In this document: positions 1 to 15,000 of the stretch, in pieces | How the letters are laid out: each line of letters begins with the position of its first letter | Numbering within the stretch: position 1 is the first letter of the stretch | Source of the DNA: the human T2T-CHM13v2.0 reference genome, Homo sapiens | Strand: one strand, 5' to 3' | Assembly (NCBI RefSeq): GCF_009914755.1 | Contig: NC_060937.1 | DNA: 64,000 bases | Program-made: the position numbers and the translations under genes | Notes under the pieces: generated by a model | What the model saw: only the letters and a program-made list of their open reading frames with translations | Told to the model about the DNA's origin: nothing | Database searches by the model: none

Positions 1-850
1 GTGTACATAAAATATCAAAGTACACCAAATATATATTCTATAGTGTACATAAAATATCAAAGTACCCAAACCATACATTATATACTGTACATAAAATATG
101 AAATTACATCAAATATATATTATATTAGGTACATAAAATATGAAAGTACATCAAATATAGATTATATAGTGTACATAAAATACCAAATTACCCCAAATAT
201 ATATTATATACTGTACATGAAATATCAAAGTTCACAAACTATATATTATATACTGTACATAAAATATGAAAGTACCGAAGGTATATATTCTATACTCTAC
301 AAAAAATATCAAAGTACCCAAAGCATGTATTATATACGATACATAAAATATGGAAGTACATCAAATATATATTTAATTCTGTACATAAAATATCAAAGTA
401 CACCAAATATATATTCTATAGTGTACATAAAATATCAAAGTACCCAAACTATACATTATATACTGTACATAAAATATGAAATTACGTCAAATATATATTA
501 TATTATGTACATAAAATATGAAAGTACATCAAATATAGATTATATACTGTACATAAAATACCAAAGTACACCAAATATATATTTTATACTGTACATGAAA
601 TATCAAAGTTCACAAACTACATATTATATACTGTAGATAAAATATCAAAGTACCCAAGGTATATATTCTATACTGTACAAAAAATATCAAAGTACCCAAA
701 GCATGTATTATATACTGTACATAAAATATGAAAGTACATCAAATATAGATTTTATTCTGTACATAAAATATCAAAGTACACTAAATATATATTCTATAGT
801 GTACATAAAATATCAAACTACCCAAACTATACATTATATACTGTACATAA
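1..850 (+). repeat. Third, slightly diverged copy of the start of the 43-kb block (offset 9,449 bp to 9450-10299)
   Basis: Shares CCATAC (71/9520), CGATAC and TGGAAG (~337-356), TTACGTC, TGTAGAT stop (636/10085) and ATAGATTTT. Differs at positions 1, 17 and 213. Confidence 0.85.
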
Positions 851-3450
851 AGTATGAAATTACATCAAATATATATTATATTAGGTACATAAAATATGAA
901 AGTACATCAAATATAAATTATATACTGTACATAAAATATCAAAGTACCCCCAATATATATTATATACTGTACATACAATATCAAAGTTCAAAAACTATAT
1001 ATTATATACTGTACATAAAATATCAAAGTACACAAGGTATATATTCTATACTGTACAAAAAATATCAAAGTATCCAAAACATGTATTATATACTGTTCAT
1101 AAAATATCAAAGTACATCAAATATATATTTTATTCTGTACATAAAATATCAAAGTACACCATATATATATTCTATAGTGTACATAAAATATCAAAGTACC
1201 CAAACTATACATTATATACTGTACATAAAGTATGAAATTACATCAAATATATATTATATTAGGTACATAAAATATGAAAGTACATCAAGTATAGATTATA
1301 TACTGTACATAAAATATCAAAGTACCCCAAATATATATTATATACTGTACATGAAATATCAAAGTTCACAAACTATATATTATATACTGTAAATAAAATA
1401 TCAAAGTACCCAAGGTATATATTCTATACTGTACAAAAAATATCAAAGTACCCAAAGCATGTATTATATACTGTACATAAAATATGAAAGTACATCAAAT
1501 ATATATTTAATTCTGTACATAAAATATCAAAGTACACCAAATATATATTCTATAGTGTACATAAAATATCAAATTACCCAAACTATACATTATATACTGT
1601 ACATAAAATATGAAATTACATCAAATATATATTATATTAGGTACATAAAATATGAAAGTACATCAAATATAAATTATATACTGTACATAATATATCAAAG
1701 TACCTCAAATATATATTATATACTGTACATGAAATATCAAAGTTCACAAACTATATATTATATACTGTACATAAAATATCAAAGTACCCAAGGTATATAT
1801 TCTATACTGTACAAAAAATATCAAAGTACCCAAAGCATGTATTATATACTGTACATAAAATATGAAAGTACATCAAATATATATTTTATTCTGTACATAA
1901 AATATCAAAGTACACCAAATATATATTCTATAGTGTACATAAAATATCAAAGTACCCAAACTATACATTATATACTGTACATAAAATATGAAATTACATC
2001 AAATATATATTATATTAGGTACATAAAATATGAAAGTACATCAAATACAGATTACATACGGTACATAAAATACCAAAGTACCCCAAATATATATTTTATA
2101 CTGCACATGCAATATCAAAGTTCACAAACTCTATATTATATACTGTACATAAAATATCAAAGTACCCAAGGTATATATTCTATACTGTACAAAAAATATC
2201 AAAGTACCCAAAACATGTATTACATACTGTTCATAAAATATGAAAGTACATCAAATATATATTTTATTCTGTACATAAAATATCAAAGTACACCAAATAT
2301 ATATTCTATAGTGTACATAAAATATCAAAGTACCCAAACTATACATTATATACTGTACATAAAATATGAAATTACATCAAATATATATTATATTAGGTAC
2401 ATAAAATATGAAAGTACATCAAATATAGATTATACACTGTACATAAAATACCAAAGAATCCCAAATATATATTATATACTGTACATGAAATATCAAAGTT
2501 CACAAACTATATATTATATACTGTACATAAAATATCAAAGTACCCAAGGTATATATTCTATACTATACAAAAAATATCAAAGTACCCAAAGCATGTATTA
2601 TATACTGTTCAAAAAATATGAAAGTACATCAAATATATATGTTATTCTGTACATAAAATATCAAAGTACACAAAATATATATTCTATAGTGTACATAAAA
2701 TATCAAATTACCCAAACTATACATTATATACTGTACATAAAGTATGAAATTACATCAAATATATATTATATTAGGTACATAAAATATGAAAGTACATCAA
2801 ATATAAATTATATACTGTACATAAAATATCAAAGTACCCCCAATATATATTATATACTGTACATGAAATATCAAAGTTCAAAAACTATATATTATATACT
2901 GTACATAAAATATCAAAGTACACAAGGTATATATTCTATACTGTACAAAAAATATCAAAGTATCCAAAACATGTATTATATACTGTTCATAAAATATCAA
3001 AGTACATCAAATATATATTTTATTCTGTACATAAAATATCAAAGTACACCAAATATATATTCTATAGTGTACATAAAATATCAAAGTACCCAAACTATAC
3101 ATTATATACTGTACATAAAGTATGAAATTACATCAAATATATATTATATTAGGTACATAAAATATGAAAGTACATCAAGTATAGATTATATACTGTACAT
3201 AAAATATCAAAGTACCCCAAATATATATTATATACTGTATATGAAATATCAAAGTTCACAAACTATATATTATATACTGTAAATAATATATCAAAGTACC
3301 CAAGGTATATATTCTATACTGTACAAAAAATATCAAAGTACCCAAAGCATGTATTATATACTGTACATAAAATATGAAAGTACATCAAATATATATTTAA
3401 TTCTGTACATAAAATATCAAAGTACACCAAATATATATTCTATAGTGTAC
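830..3450 (+). repeat. Direct repeat of about 730 bp at 1,890-bp (5-HOR) offset: ~830-1560 and ~2720-3450
   Basis: Shared AAAGTATG (851/2741), TTCAAAAAC, TATCCAAAAC, CATCAAGT and TGTAAAT stop (1392/3282). About four mismatches noticed. Confidence 0.85.
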
Positions 3451-4871
3451 TTAAAATATCAAAGTACCCAAACTATACATTATATACTGTACATAAAATA
3501 TGAAATTACATCAAATATATATTATATTAGGCACATAAAATATGAAAGAATATCAATTATAGATTATATACTGTACATGAAATACCAAAGTACCCCAAAT
3601 ATATATTTTATACTGTACATGCAATATCAAAGTTCACAAACTACATATTATATACTGTACATAAATATCAATGTGCCCAAGGTATATATTCTATGCTGTA
3701 CAAAAAATATCAAAGTACCCAAAGCATGTATTATATACTGTACATAAAATATGAAAGTACATCAAATAAATATTTTATTCTGTACATAAAATATCAAAGT
3801 ACACCAAATACATATTCTATAGTGTACATAAAATATCAAAGTACCCAAACTATACATTATGTACTGTACATAAAATATGAAATTACATCAAATATATACT
3901 ATATTATGTACATAAAATATGAAAGTACATCAAATATAGATTATATACTGTACATAAAATACCAAAGTTCCCCAAACAAATATTTTATACTGTACATGCA
4001 ATATCAAAGTTCACAAACTATATATTATATACTGTACATAAAATATCAAAGTACCCAAGGTATATATTCTATACTCTACAAAAAATATCAAAGTACCCAA
4101 AGCATGTATTATATACGGTACATAAAATATGAAAGTACATCAAATATATATTTAATTCTGTACATAAAATATCAAAGTACACCAAATATATATTCTATAC
4201 TGTACATAAAATATCAAAGTTCACAAACTATACATTATATACTGTACATAAAATATGAAATTACATCAAATATATATTATATTAGGTACATAAAATATGA
4301 AAGTACATCAAATATAGATTATATACTGTACATAAAATACCAAAGAACCCCAAATATATATTATATACTGTACATGAAATATCAAAGTTCACAAACTATA
4401 TATTATATACTGTACATAAAATATCAAAGTACCCAAGGTATATATTCTACACTGTACAAAAAATGTCAAAGTACCCAAAGCATGTATTATATACTGTTAA
4501 TAAAATATGAAAGTACATCAAATATATATTTTATTCTGTACATAAAATATCAAAGTACACCAAATATACATTCTATAGTGTACATAAAATATCAAATTAC
4601 CCAAACTATACATTATATACTGTACATAAAATATGAAATTACATCAAATATATATTATATTAGGTACATAAAATATGAAAGTACATCAAATATATATTAT
4701 ATACTGTACATAAAGTACCAAATTAACCCAAATACATATTATATACTGTACATGAAATATCAAAGTTCACAAACTATATATTATATACTGTACATAAAAT
4801 ATCAAAGTACCCAAGGTATCTATTCTATACTGTACAAAAAATATCAAAGTACCCAAAGCATGTATTATATA

Positions 4872-5249
4872 CTGTACATAAAATATGAAAGTACATCAAA
4901 TATATATTTTATTCTGTACATAAAATATCAAAGTACACCAAATATATATTCTATAGTGTACATAAAATATCAAAGTACCCAAACTATACATTATATACTG
5001 TACATAAAATATGAAATTACATCAAATATATATTACATTAGCTACATAAAATATGAAAGTACATCAAATATAGATTATATACTGTACATAAAATATCAAA
5101 GTACCCCAAATATATATTATATACTGTACATGAAATATCAAAGTTCACAAACTATATATCGTATACTGTACATAAAATATCAAAGTACCCAAGGTATATA
5201 TTCTATACTGTACAAAAAATATCAAAGTACCCAAAGCATGTATTATATA
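4872..5249 (+). repeat. Representative 378-bp (9 x 42) higher-order repeat unit; about 170 units fill the window
   Basis: Nine distinguishable monomers recur in fixed order (in translation ESTSNIYF, QSTPNIYS, QSTQTIHY, EITSNIYY, ESTSNIDY, QSTPNIYY, QSSQTIYY, QSTQGIYS, QSTQSMYY). The diagnostic ATG of monomer 9 recurs at 703, 1081, 1459 (spacing 378). A 378-bp 9-mer is the known HSat1A period. Confidence 0.95.
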
Positions 5250-5699
5250 CTGTACATAAAATATGAAAGTACATCAAATATATAATTTACTCTGTACATA
5301 AAATATCAAAGTACACCAAATATATATTCTATAGTGTACATAAAATATCAAAGTACCCAAACTATACATTATATACTGTACATAAAATATGAAATTACGT
5401 CAAATATATATTATATTATGTACATAAAACTTGAAAGTACATCAAATATAGATTATATACTGTACATAAAATACCAAAGTACACCAAATATATATTTTAT
5501 ATTGTACATGAAATATCAAAGTTCACAAACTATATATTATATACTGTACATAAAATATCAAAGTACCCAAGGTATATATTCTATACTGTACAAAAAATAT
5601 CAAAGTATCCAAAGCATGTATTATATACTGTACATAAAATATGAAAGTACATCAAATATATATTTTATTCTGTACATAAAATATCAAAGTACACCAAAT

Positions 5700-8600
5700 A
5701 TATATTCTATAGTGTACATAAAATATCAAACTACCCAAACTATACATTATATACTGTACATAAAACATGAAATTACATCCAATATATATTATATTAGGTA
5801 CATAAAATATGAAAGTACATCAAATATAAATTATATACTGTACATAAAATACCAAAGTACCCCGAATATATATTATATACTGTACATGCATTATCAAAGT
5901 TCACAAACTATATATTATATACTGTACATAAAATATCAAAGTACCCAAGGTATATATTCTATACTGTACAAATAATATCAAAGTACCCAAAGCATGTATT
6001 ATATACTGTACATAAAATATGAAAGTACATCAAATATATATTTTATTCTGTACATAAAATATCAAAGTACACTAAATATATATTCTATAGTGTACATAAA
6101 ATATCAAAGTACCCAAACTATACATTATATACTGTACATAAAATATGAAATTACATCATATATATATCATATTAGGTACATAAAATATGAAAGTACATCA
6201 AATATAGATTATATACTGTACATAAAATACCAAAGTACCCCAAATACATATTATATACTGTACATGAAATATCAAAGTTCACAAACTATATATTATATAC
6301 TGTACATAAAATATCAAAGTACCCAAGGTATATATTCTATACTGTACAAAAAATATCAAAGTACCCAAAGCAAGTATTATATACTGTACATAAAATATGA
6401 AAGTACATCAAATATATATTTTATTCTGTACATAAAATATCAAAGTACACCAAATATATATTCTATAGTGTACATAAAATATCAAAGTAGCCAAACTATA
6501 CATTTTAAACTGTACATAAAATATGAAATTACATCAAATATACACTATATTATGTACATAAAATATGAAAGTACATCAAATATAGATTATATACTGTACA
6601 TAAAATACCAAAGTACCCCAAATATATATTATATACTGTACATGAAATATCAAAGTTCACAAACTATATATTATATACTGTACATAAAATACCAAACTAC
6701 CCAAGGTATATATTCTATACTGTACAAAAAATATCAAAGTACCCAAAGCATGTATTAAATAGTGTATATAAAATATGAAAGTACATCAAATATATATTTA
6801 ATTCTGTACATAAAATATCAAAGTAAACCAAATATATATTCTATAGTGTACATAAAATATCAAAGTACCCAAACTATACATTATATACTGTACAGAAAAT
6901 ATGAAATTACATCAAATATATATTATATTATGTACATAAAATATGAAAGTACATCAAATATAGATTATATACTGTACATAAAATACCAAAGAACCCCAAA
7001 TATATATTATATACTCTACATGAAATATCAAAGTTCACAAACTATATATTATATACTGTACATAAAATATCAAAGTACCCAAGGTATATATTCTATACTG
7101 TACAAAAAATATCAAAGTACCCAAAGCATGTATTATATACTGTACATAAAATATGAAAGTACATCAAATATATATTTTGTTCTGTACATAAAATATCAAA
7201 GTACACCAAATATATATTCTATAGTGTACATTAAATATCAAAGTACCCAAAATATACATTATATACTGTACATAAAATATGAAATTACATCAAATATATA
7301 TTATATTAGGTACATAAAATATGAAAGTACATGAAATACATATTATATACTGTACATAAAATACCAAAGTACTCCAAATACATATTATATACTGTACATG
7401 AAATATCAAAGTTCACAAACTATATATTATATACTGTACATAAAAAATCAAAGTACCAAAGGTATATATTCTATACTGTACAACAAATATCAAAGTACCC
7501 AAAGCATGTATTATATACTGTACATAAAATATGAAAGTACATCAAATATATATTTTATGCTGTACATAAAATATCAAAGTACACCAAATATATATTCTAT
7601 AGTGTACATAAAATAGCAAAGTACCCAAACTATACATTATATACTGTACATAAAACATGAAATTACATCAAATATATATTATATTAGGTACATAAAATAT
7701 GAAAGTACATCAAATGTAAATTATATACTGTACATAAAATACCAAAGAACCCCAAATATATATTATATACTGTACATGAAATATCAAAGTTCACAAACTA
7801 TATATTATATACTGTACATAAAATATCAAAGTACCCAAGGTATATATTCTATACTGTACAAAAAATATTAAAATACCCAAAGCAAGTATTATATACGGTA
7901 CATAAAATATGAAAGTACATCAAATATATATTTTATTCTGTACATAAAATATCAAAGTACACCAAATATATATTCTATAGTGTACATAAAATATCAAAGT
8001 ACCCAAACTATACATTATATACTGTACATAAAATATGAAATTACATCAAATATATATTATATTAGGTACATAAAATATGAAAGTACATCAAATATAAATT
8101 ATATACTGTACATAAAATACCAAAGAACCCCCAATACATATTATATACTGTACATACAATATCAAAGTTCACAAACTATATATCATATACTGTACATAAA
8201 ATATCAAAGTACCGAAAGTATATATTCTATACTGTACAAAAAATATCAAAGTACCCAAAGCATGTATTATATACTGTACATAAAACATGAAAGTACATGA
8301 AATATATATTTTATTCTGTACATAAAATATCAAAGTACACCAAATATATATTCTATAGTGTACATAAAATATCAAAGTACCCAAACAATACATTATATCC
8401 TGTACATAAAATATGAAATTACATCAAATATATATTATATTAGGTACATAAAATATGAAAGTACATCAAATATAAATTATATACTGTACATAAAATACCA
8501 AAGTACCCCAAATATATATTATATACTGTACATGAAATATCAAAGTACACAAACTATATATTATATACTGTACATAAAATATCAAAGTACCCAAGGTATA

Positions 8601-11600
8601 TATTCTATACTCTACAAAAAATATCAAAGTACCCAAAGCATGTATTATATACGGTACATAAAATATGAAAGTACATCAAATATATATTTAATTCTGTACA
8701 TAAAATATCAAAGTACACCAAATATATATTCTATAGTGTACATAAAATATCAAAGTAGCCAAACTATACACTATATACTGTACATAAAATATGAAATTAC
8801 ATCAAATATATATTATATTATGTACATGAAATATGAAAGTACATCAAATATAGATTATATACTGTACATAAAATACCAAAGTACACCAAATATATATTTT
8901 ATACTGTACATGCAATATCAAAGTTCACAAACTATATATTATATACTGTACATAAAATATCAAAGTACCCAAGGTATATATTCTATACTGTACAAAAAAT
9001 ATCAAAGTACCCAAAGCATGTATTATATAGTGTATATAAAATATGAAAGTACATCAAATATATATTTAATTCTGTACATAAAATATCAAAGTAAACCAAA
9101 TATATATTCTATAGTGTACATAAAATATCAAAGTACCCAAACTATACATTATATACTGTACATAAAATATGAAATTACATCAAATATATATTATATTATG
9201 TACATAAAATATGAAAGTACATCAAATATAGATTATATACTGTACATAAAATACCAAAGAACCCCCAATATATATTATATACTCTACATGAAATATCAAA
9301 GTTCACAAACTATATATTATATACTGTAAATAAAATATCAAAGTACCCAAGGTATATATTCTATACTGTACAAAAAATATCAAAGTTCCCAAAGCATGTA
9401 TTATATACTGTACATAAAATATGAAAGTACATCAAATATATATTTTATTCTGTACATAAAATATCGAAGTACACCAAATATATATTCTATAGTGTACATA
9501 AAATATCAAAGTACCCAAACCATACATTATATACTGTACATAAAATATGAAATTACATCAAATATATATTATATTAGGTACATAAAATATGAAAGTACAT
9601 CAAATATAGATTATATAGTGTACATAAAATACCAAATTACCCCAAATATATATTATATACTATACATGAAATATCAAAGTTCACAAACTATATATTATAT
9701 ACTGTACATAAAATATGAAAGTACCGAAGGTATATATTCTATACTCTACAAAAAATATCAAAGTACCCAAAGCATGTATTATATACGATACATAAAATAT
9801 GGAAGTACATCAAATATATATTTAATTCTGTACATAAAATATCAAAGTACACCAAATATATATTCTATAGTGTACATAAAATATCAAAGTACCCAAACTA
9901 TACATTATATACTGTACATAAAATATGAAATTACGTCAAATATATATTATATTATGTACATAAAATATGAAAGTACATCAAATATAGATTATATACTGTA
10001 CATAAAATACCAAAGTACACCAAATATATATTTTATACTGTACATGAAATATCAAAGTTCACAAACTACATATTATATACTGTAGATAAAATATCAAAGT
10101 ACCCAAGGTATATATTCTATACTGTACAAAAAATATCAAAGTACCCAAAGCATGTATTATATACTGTACATAAAATATGAAAGTACATCAAATATAGATT
10201 TTATTCTGTACATAAAATATCAAAGTACACTAAATATATATTCTATAGTGTACATAAAATATCAAACTACCCAAACTATACATTATATACTGTACATAAA
10301 ATATGAAATTACATCAAATATATATTATATTAGGTACATAAAATATGAAAGTACATCAAATATAGATTATATACTGTACATAAAATACCAAAGTACACCA
10401 AATATATATTTTATACTGTACATGCAATATCAAAGTTCACAAACTATATATTATATACTGTACATAAAATATCAAAGTACCCAAGGTATATATTCTATAC
10501 TGTACAAAAAATATCAAAGTACCCAAAGCATGTATTATATACTGTACATAAAATATGAAAGTACATCAAATATATATTTTATTCTGTACATAAAATATCA
10601 AAGTACACTAAATATATATTCTATAGTGTACATAAAATATCAAAGTACCCAAACTATACATTATATACTGTACATAAAATATGAAATTACATCAAATATA
10701 TATTATATTAGGTACATAAAATATGAAAGTACATCAAATATAGATTATATACTGTACATAAAATACCAAAGTTCCCCAAATACATATTATATACTGTACA
10801 TGAAATATCAAAGTTCACAAACTATATATTATATACTGTACATAAAATATCAAAGTACCCAAGTTATATATTCTATACTGTACAAAAAATATCAAAGTAC
10901 CCAAAGCAAGTATTATATACTGTACATAAAATATGAAAGTACATCAAATATATATTTTATTCTGTACATAAAATATCAAAGTACACCAAATATATATTCT
11001 ATAGTGTACATAAAATATCAAAGTACCCAAACTATACATTATATACTTTACATAAAATATGAAATTACATCAAATATATATTATATTAGGTACATAAAAT
11101 ATGAAAGTACATCAAATATAAATTATATACTGTACATAAAATACCAAAGTACCCCAAATATATATTATAAACTGTACATGCAATATCAAAGTTCACAAAC
11201 TATATATCATATACTGTACATAAAATATCAAAGTACCGAAGTTATATATTCTATACTGTACAAAAAATATCAAAGTACCCAAAGTATGTATTATATACTG
11301 TACATAAAATATGAAATTACATCAAATATATATTATATTATGCACATAAAATATGAAAGTACATCAAATATATATTATATACTGTACATAAAATACCAAA
11401 GTACCCCAAATACATATTATATACCGTACATGAAATATCAAAGTTCACAAACTATATATTATATACTGTACGTAAAATATCAAAGTACCGAAGGTATATA
11501 TTCTATACTGTACAAAAAATATCAAAGTACCCAAAGCATGTATTATATAGTGTACATAAAATATGAAAGTACATCAAATATATATTTTATTCTGTACATA

Positions 11601-14600
11601 AAATATCAAAGTATACCAAATATATATTCTATAGTGTACATAAAATATCAAACTACCCAAACTATACATTATATACTGTACATAAAACATGAAATTACAT
11701 CCAATATATATTATATTAGGTACATAAAATATGAAAGTACATCAAATATAAATTATATACTGTACATAAAATACCAAAGTACCCCAAATATATATTATAT
11801 ACTGTACATGAAATATCAAAGTTCACAAACTATATATTATATACTGTACATAAAAAATCAAAGTAACCAAGGTATATATTCTATACTGTACAAAAAATAT
11901 CAAAGTACCCAAAGCATGTATTATATACTGTACATAAAATATGAAAGTACATCAAATATATATTTTATTCTGTACATAAAATATCAAAGTACACTAAATA
12001 TATATTCTATAGTGTACATAAAATATCAAAGTACCCAAACTATACATTATATACTGTACATAAAATATGAAATTACATCAAATATATATTATATTAGGTA
12101 CATAAAATATGAAAGTACATCAAATATAGATTATATACTGTACATAAAATACCAAAGTAACCCAAATACATATTATATACTGTACATGAAATATCAAAGT
12201 TCACAAACTATATATTATATACTGTACATAAAATATCAAAGTACCCAAAGTATATATTCTATACTGTACAAAAAATATCAAAGTACCCAAAGCAAGTATT
12301 ATATACTGTACATAAAATATGAAAGTACATCAAGTATATATTTTATTCTGTACATAAAATATCAAAGTACACCAAATATATATTCTATAGTGTACATAAA
12401 ATATCAAAGTAGCCAAACTATACATTTTAAACTGTACATAAAATATAAAATTACATCAAATACACACTATATTATGTACATAAAATATGAAAGTACATCA
12501 AATATAGATTATATACTGTACATAAAATACCAAAGTACACCAAATATATATTATATACTGTACATGAAATATCAAAGTTCACAAACTATATATTATATAC
12601 TGTACATAAAATATCAAACTACCCAAGGTATATATTCTATACTGTACAAAAAATATCAAAGTACCCAAAGCATGTATTATATAGTGTATATAAAATATGA
12701 AAGTACTTCAAATATATATTTAATTCTGTACATAAAATATCAAAGTAAACCAAATATATATTCTATAGTGTACATAAAATATCAAAGTACCCAAACTATA
12801 CATTATATACTGTACAGAAAATATGAAATTACATCAAATATATATTATATTATGTACATAAAATATGAAAGTACATCAAATATAGATTATATACTGTACA
12901 TAAAATACCAAAGAACCCCAAATATATATTATATACTCTACATGAAATATCAAAGTTCACAAACTATATATTATATACTGTACATAAAATATCAAAGTAC
13001 CCAAGGTATATATTCTATACTGTAGAAAAAATATCAAAGTACCCAAAGCATGTATTATATACTGTACATAAAATATGAAAGTACATCAAATATATATTTT
13101 ATTCTGTACATAAAATATCAAAGTACACCAAATATATATTCTATAGTGTACATTAAATATCAAACTACCCAAACTATACATTATATACTGTACATAAAAT
13201 ATGAAATTACATCAAATATATATTATATTAGGTACATAAAATATGAAAGTACATCAAAGATATATTATATACTGTACATAAAATACCAAAGTACCCCAAA
13301 TACATATTATATACTGTACATGAAATATCAAAGTTCACAAACTATATATTATATATTGTACATAAAATATCAAAGTACCCAAGGTATATATTCTATACTG
13401 TACAAAAAATATCAAAGTACCCAAAGCATGTATTATATACTGTACATAAAATATGAAAGTACATGAAATATATATTTTATTCGGTACATAAAATATGAAA
13501 GTACACCAAATATATATTCTACAGTGTACATAAAATATCAAAGTACCCAAACTATACATTATATACTGTACATAAAATATGAAATTACATCAAATATATA
13601 TTATATTAGGTACATAAAATATGAAAGTACATCAAATATAGATTATATACAGTACATAAATTACCAAAGTACCCCAAATATATATTATATACTTTACATG
13701 CAATATCAAAGTTCACAAACTATATATCTTATACTGTACATAAAATATCAAAGGACCAAAGGTATATATTCTATACTGTACAAAAAATATCAAAGTACGC
13801 AAAGCATGTATTATATACTGTACATAAAATATGAAAGTACATCAAATATATATTTTATTCTGTACATAAAATATCAAAGTACACCAAATATATATTCTAC
13901 AGTGTACATAAAATATCAAAGTACCCAAACTATACATTATATACTGTACATAAAATATGAAATTACATCAAATATATATTATGTTAGGAACATAAAATAT
14001 GAAAGTATATGAAATATATATTATATACTGTACATAAAATACCAAAGTACCCCAAATACATATTATATACTGTACATTAAATATCAAAGTTCACAAACTA
14101 TATATTATATACTGTACATAAAAAATCAAGGTACCAAAGGTATATATTCTATACTGTACAACAAATATCAAAGTACCCAAAGCATGTATTATATACTGTA
14201 CATAAAATATGAAAGTACATGAAATATATATTTTATTCGGTACATAAAATATGAAAGTACACCAAATATATATTCTATAGTGTACATAAAATATCAAAGT
14301 ACCCAAACTATACATTATATACTGTACATAAAATCTGAAATTACATCAAATATATATTATATTAGGTACATAAAATATTAAAGTACATCAAATATAAATT
14401 ATATACTGTACATAAAATACCAAAGAACCCCCAATATATATTATATACTGTACATGCAATATCAAAGTTCACAAACTATATATCATATACTGTACATAAA
14501 ATATCAAAGTACCGAAAGTATATATTCTATACTGTACAAAAAATATCAAAGTACCCAAAGCATGTATTATATCCTGTACATAAAATATGAAAGTACATCA

Positions 14601-15000
14601 AATATATATTTTATTCTGTACATAAAATATCAAAGTACACCAAATATATATTCTATAGTGTACATAAAATATCAAAGTACCCAAACAATACATTATATAC
14701 TGTACATAAATTATGAAATTACATCAAATATATATTATATTAGGTACATAAAATATGAAAGTACATCAAATATAAATTATATACTGTACATAAAATACCA
14801 AAGTACCCCAAATATATATTATATACTGTACATGCAATATCAAAGTTCACAAACTATATATCATATACTGTACATAAAATATCAAAGTACTGAAGGTATA
14901 TATTCTATACTCTACAAAAAATATCAAAGTACCCAAAGCATGTATTATATACGGTACATAAAATATGAAAGTACATCAAATATATATTTTATTCTGTACA
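5700..15000 (+). repeat. Older ~6-kb-offset duplication: ~5.7-8.7 kb vs ~11.6-15.0 kb
   Basis: Shared rare variants at offset 5922 (5761/11683, 6501/12423, 6891/12813), then 6678 (7441/14119) and 6300 (8211/14511, 8381/14681). Offsets differ by whole HORs. Confidence 0.75.
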
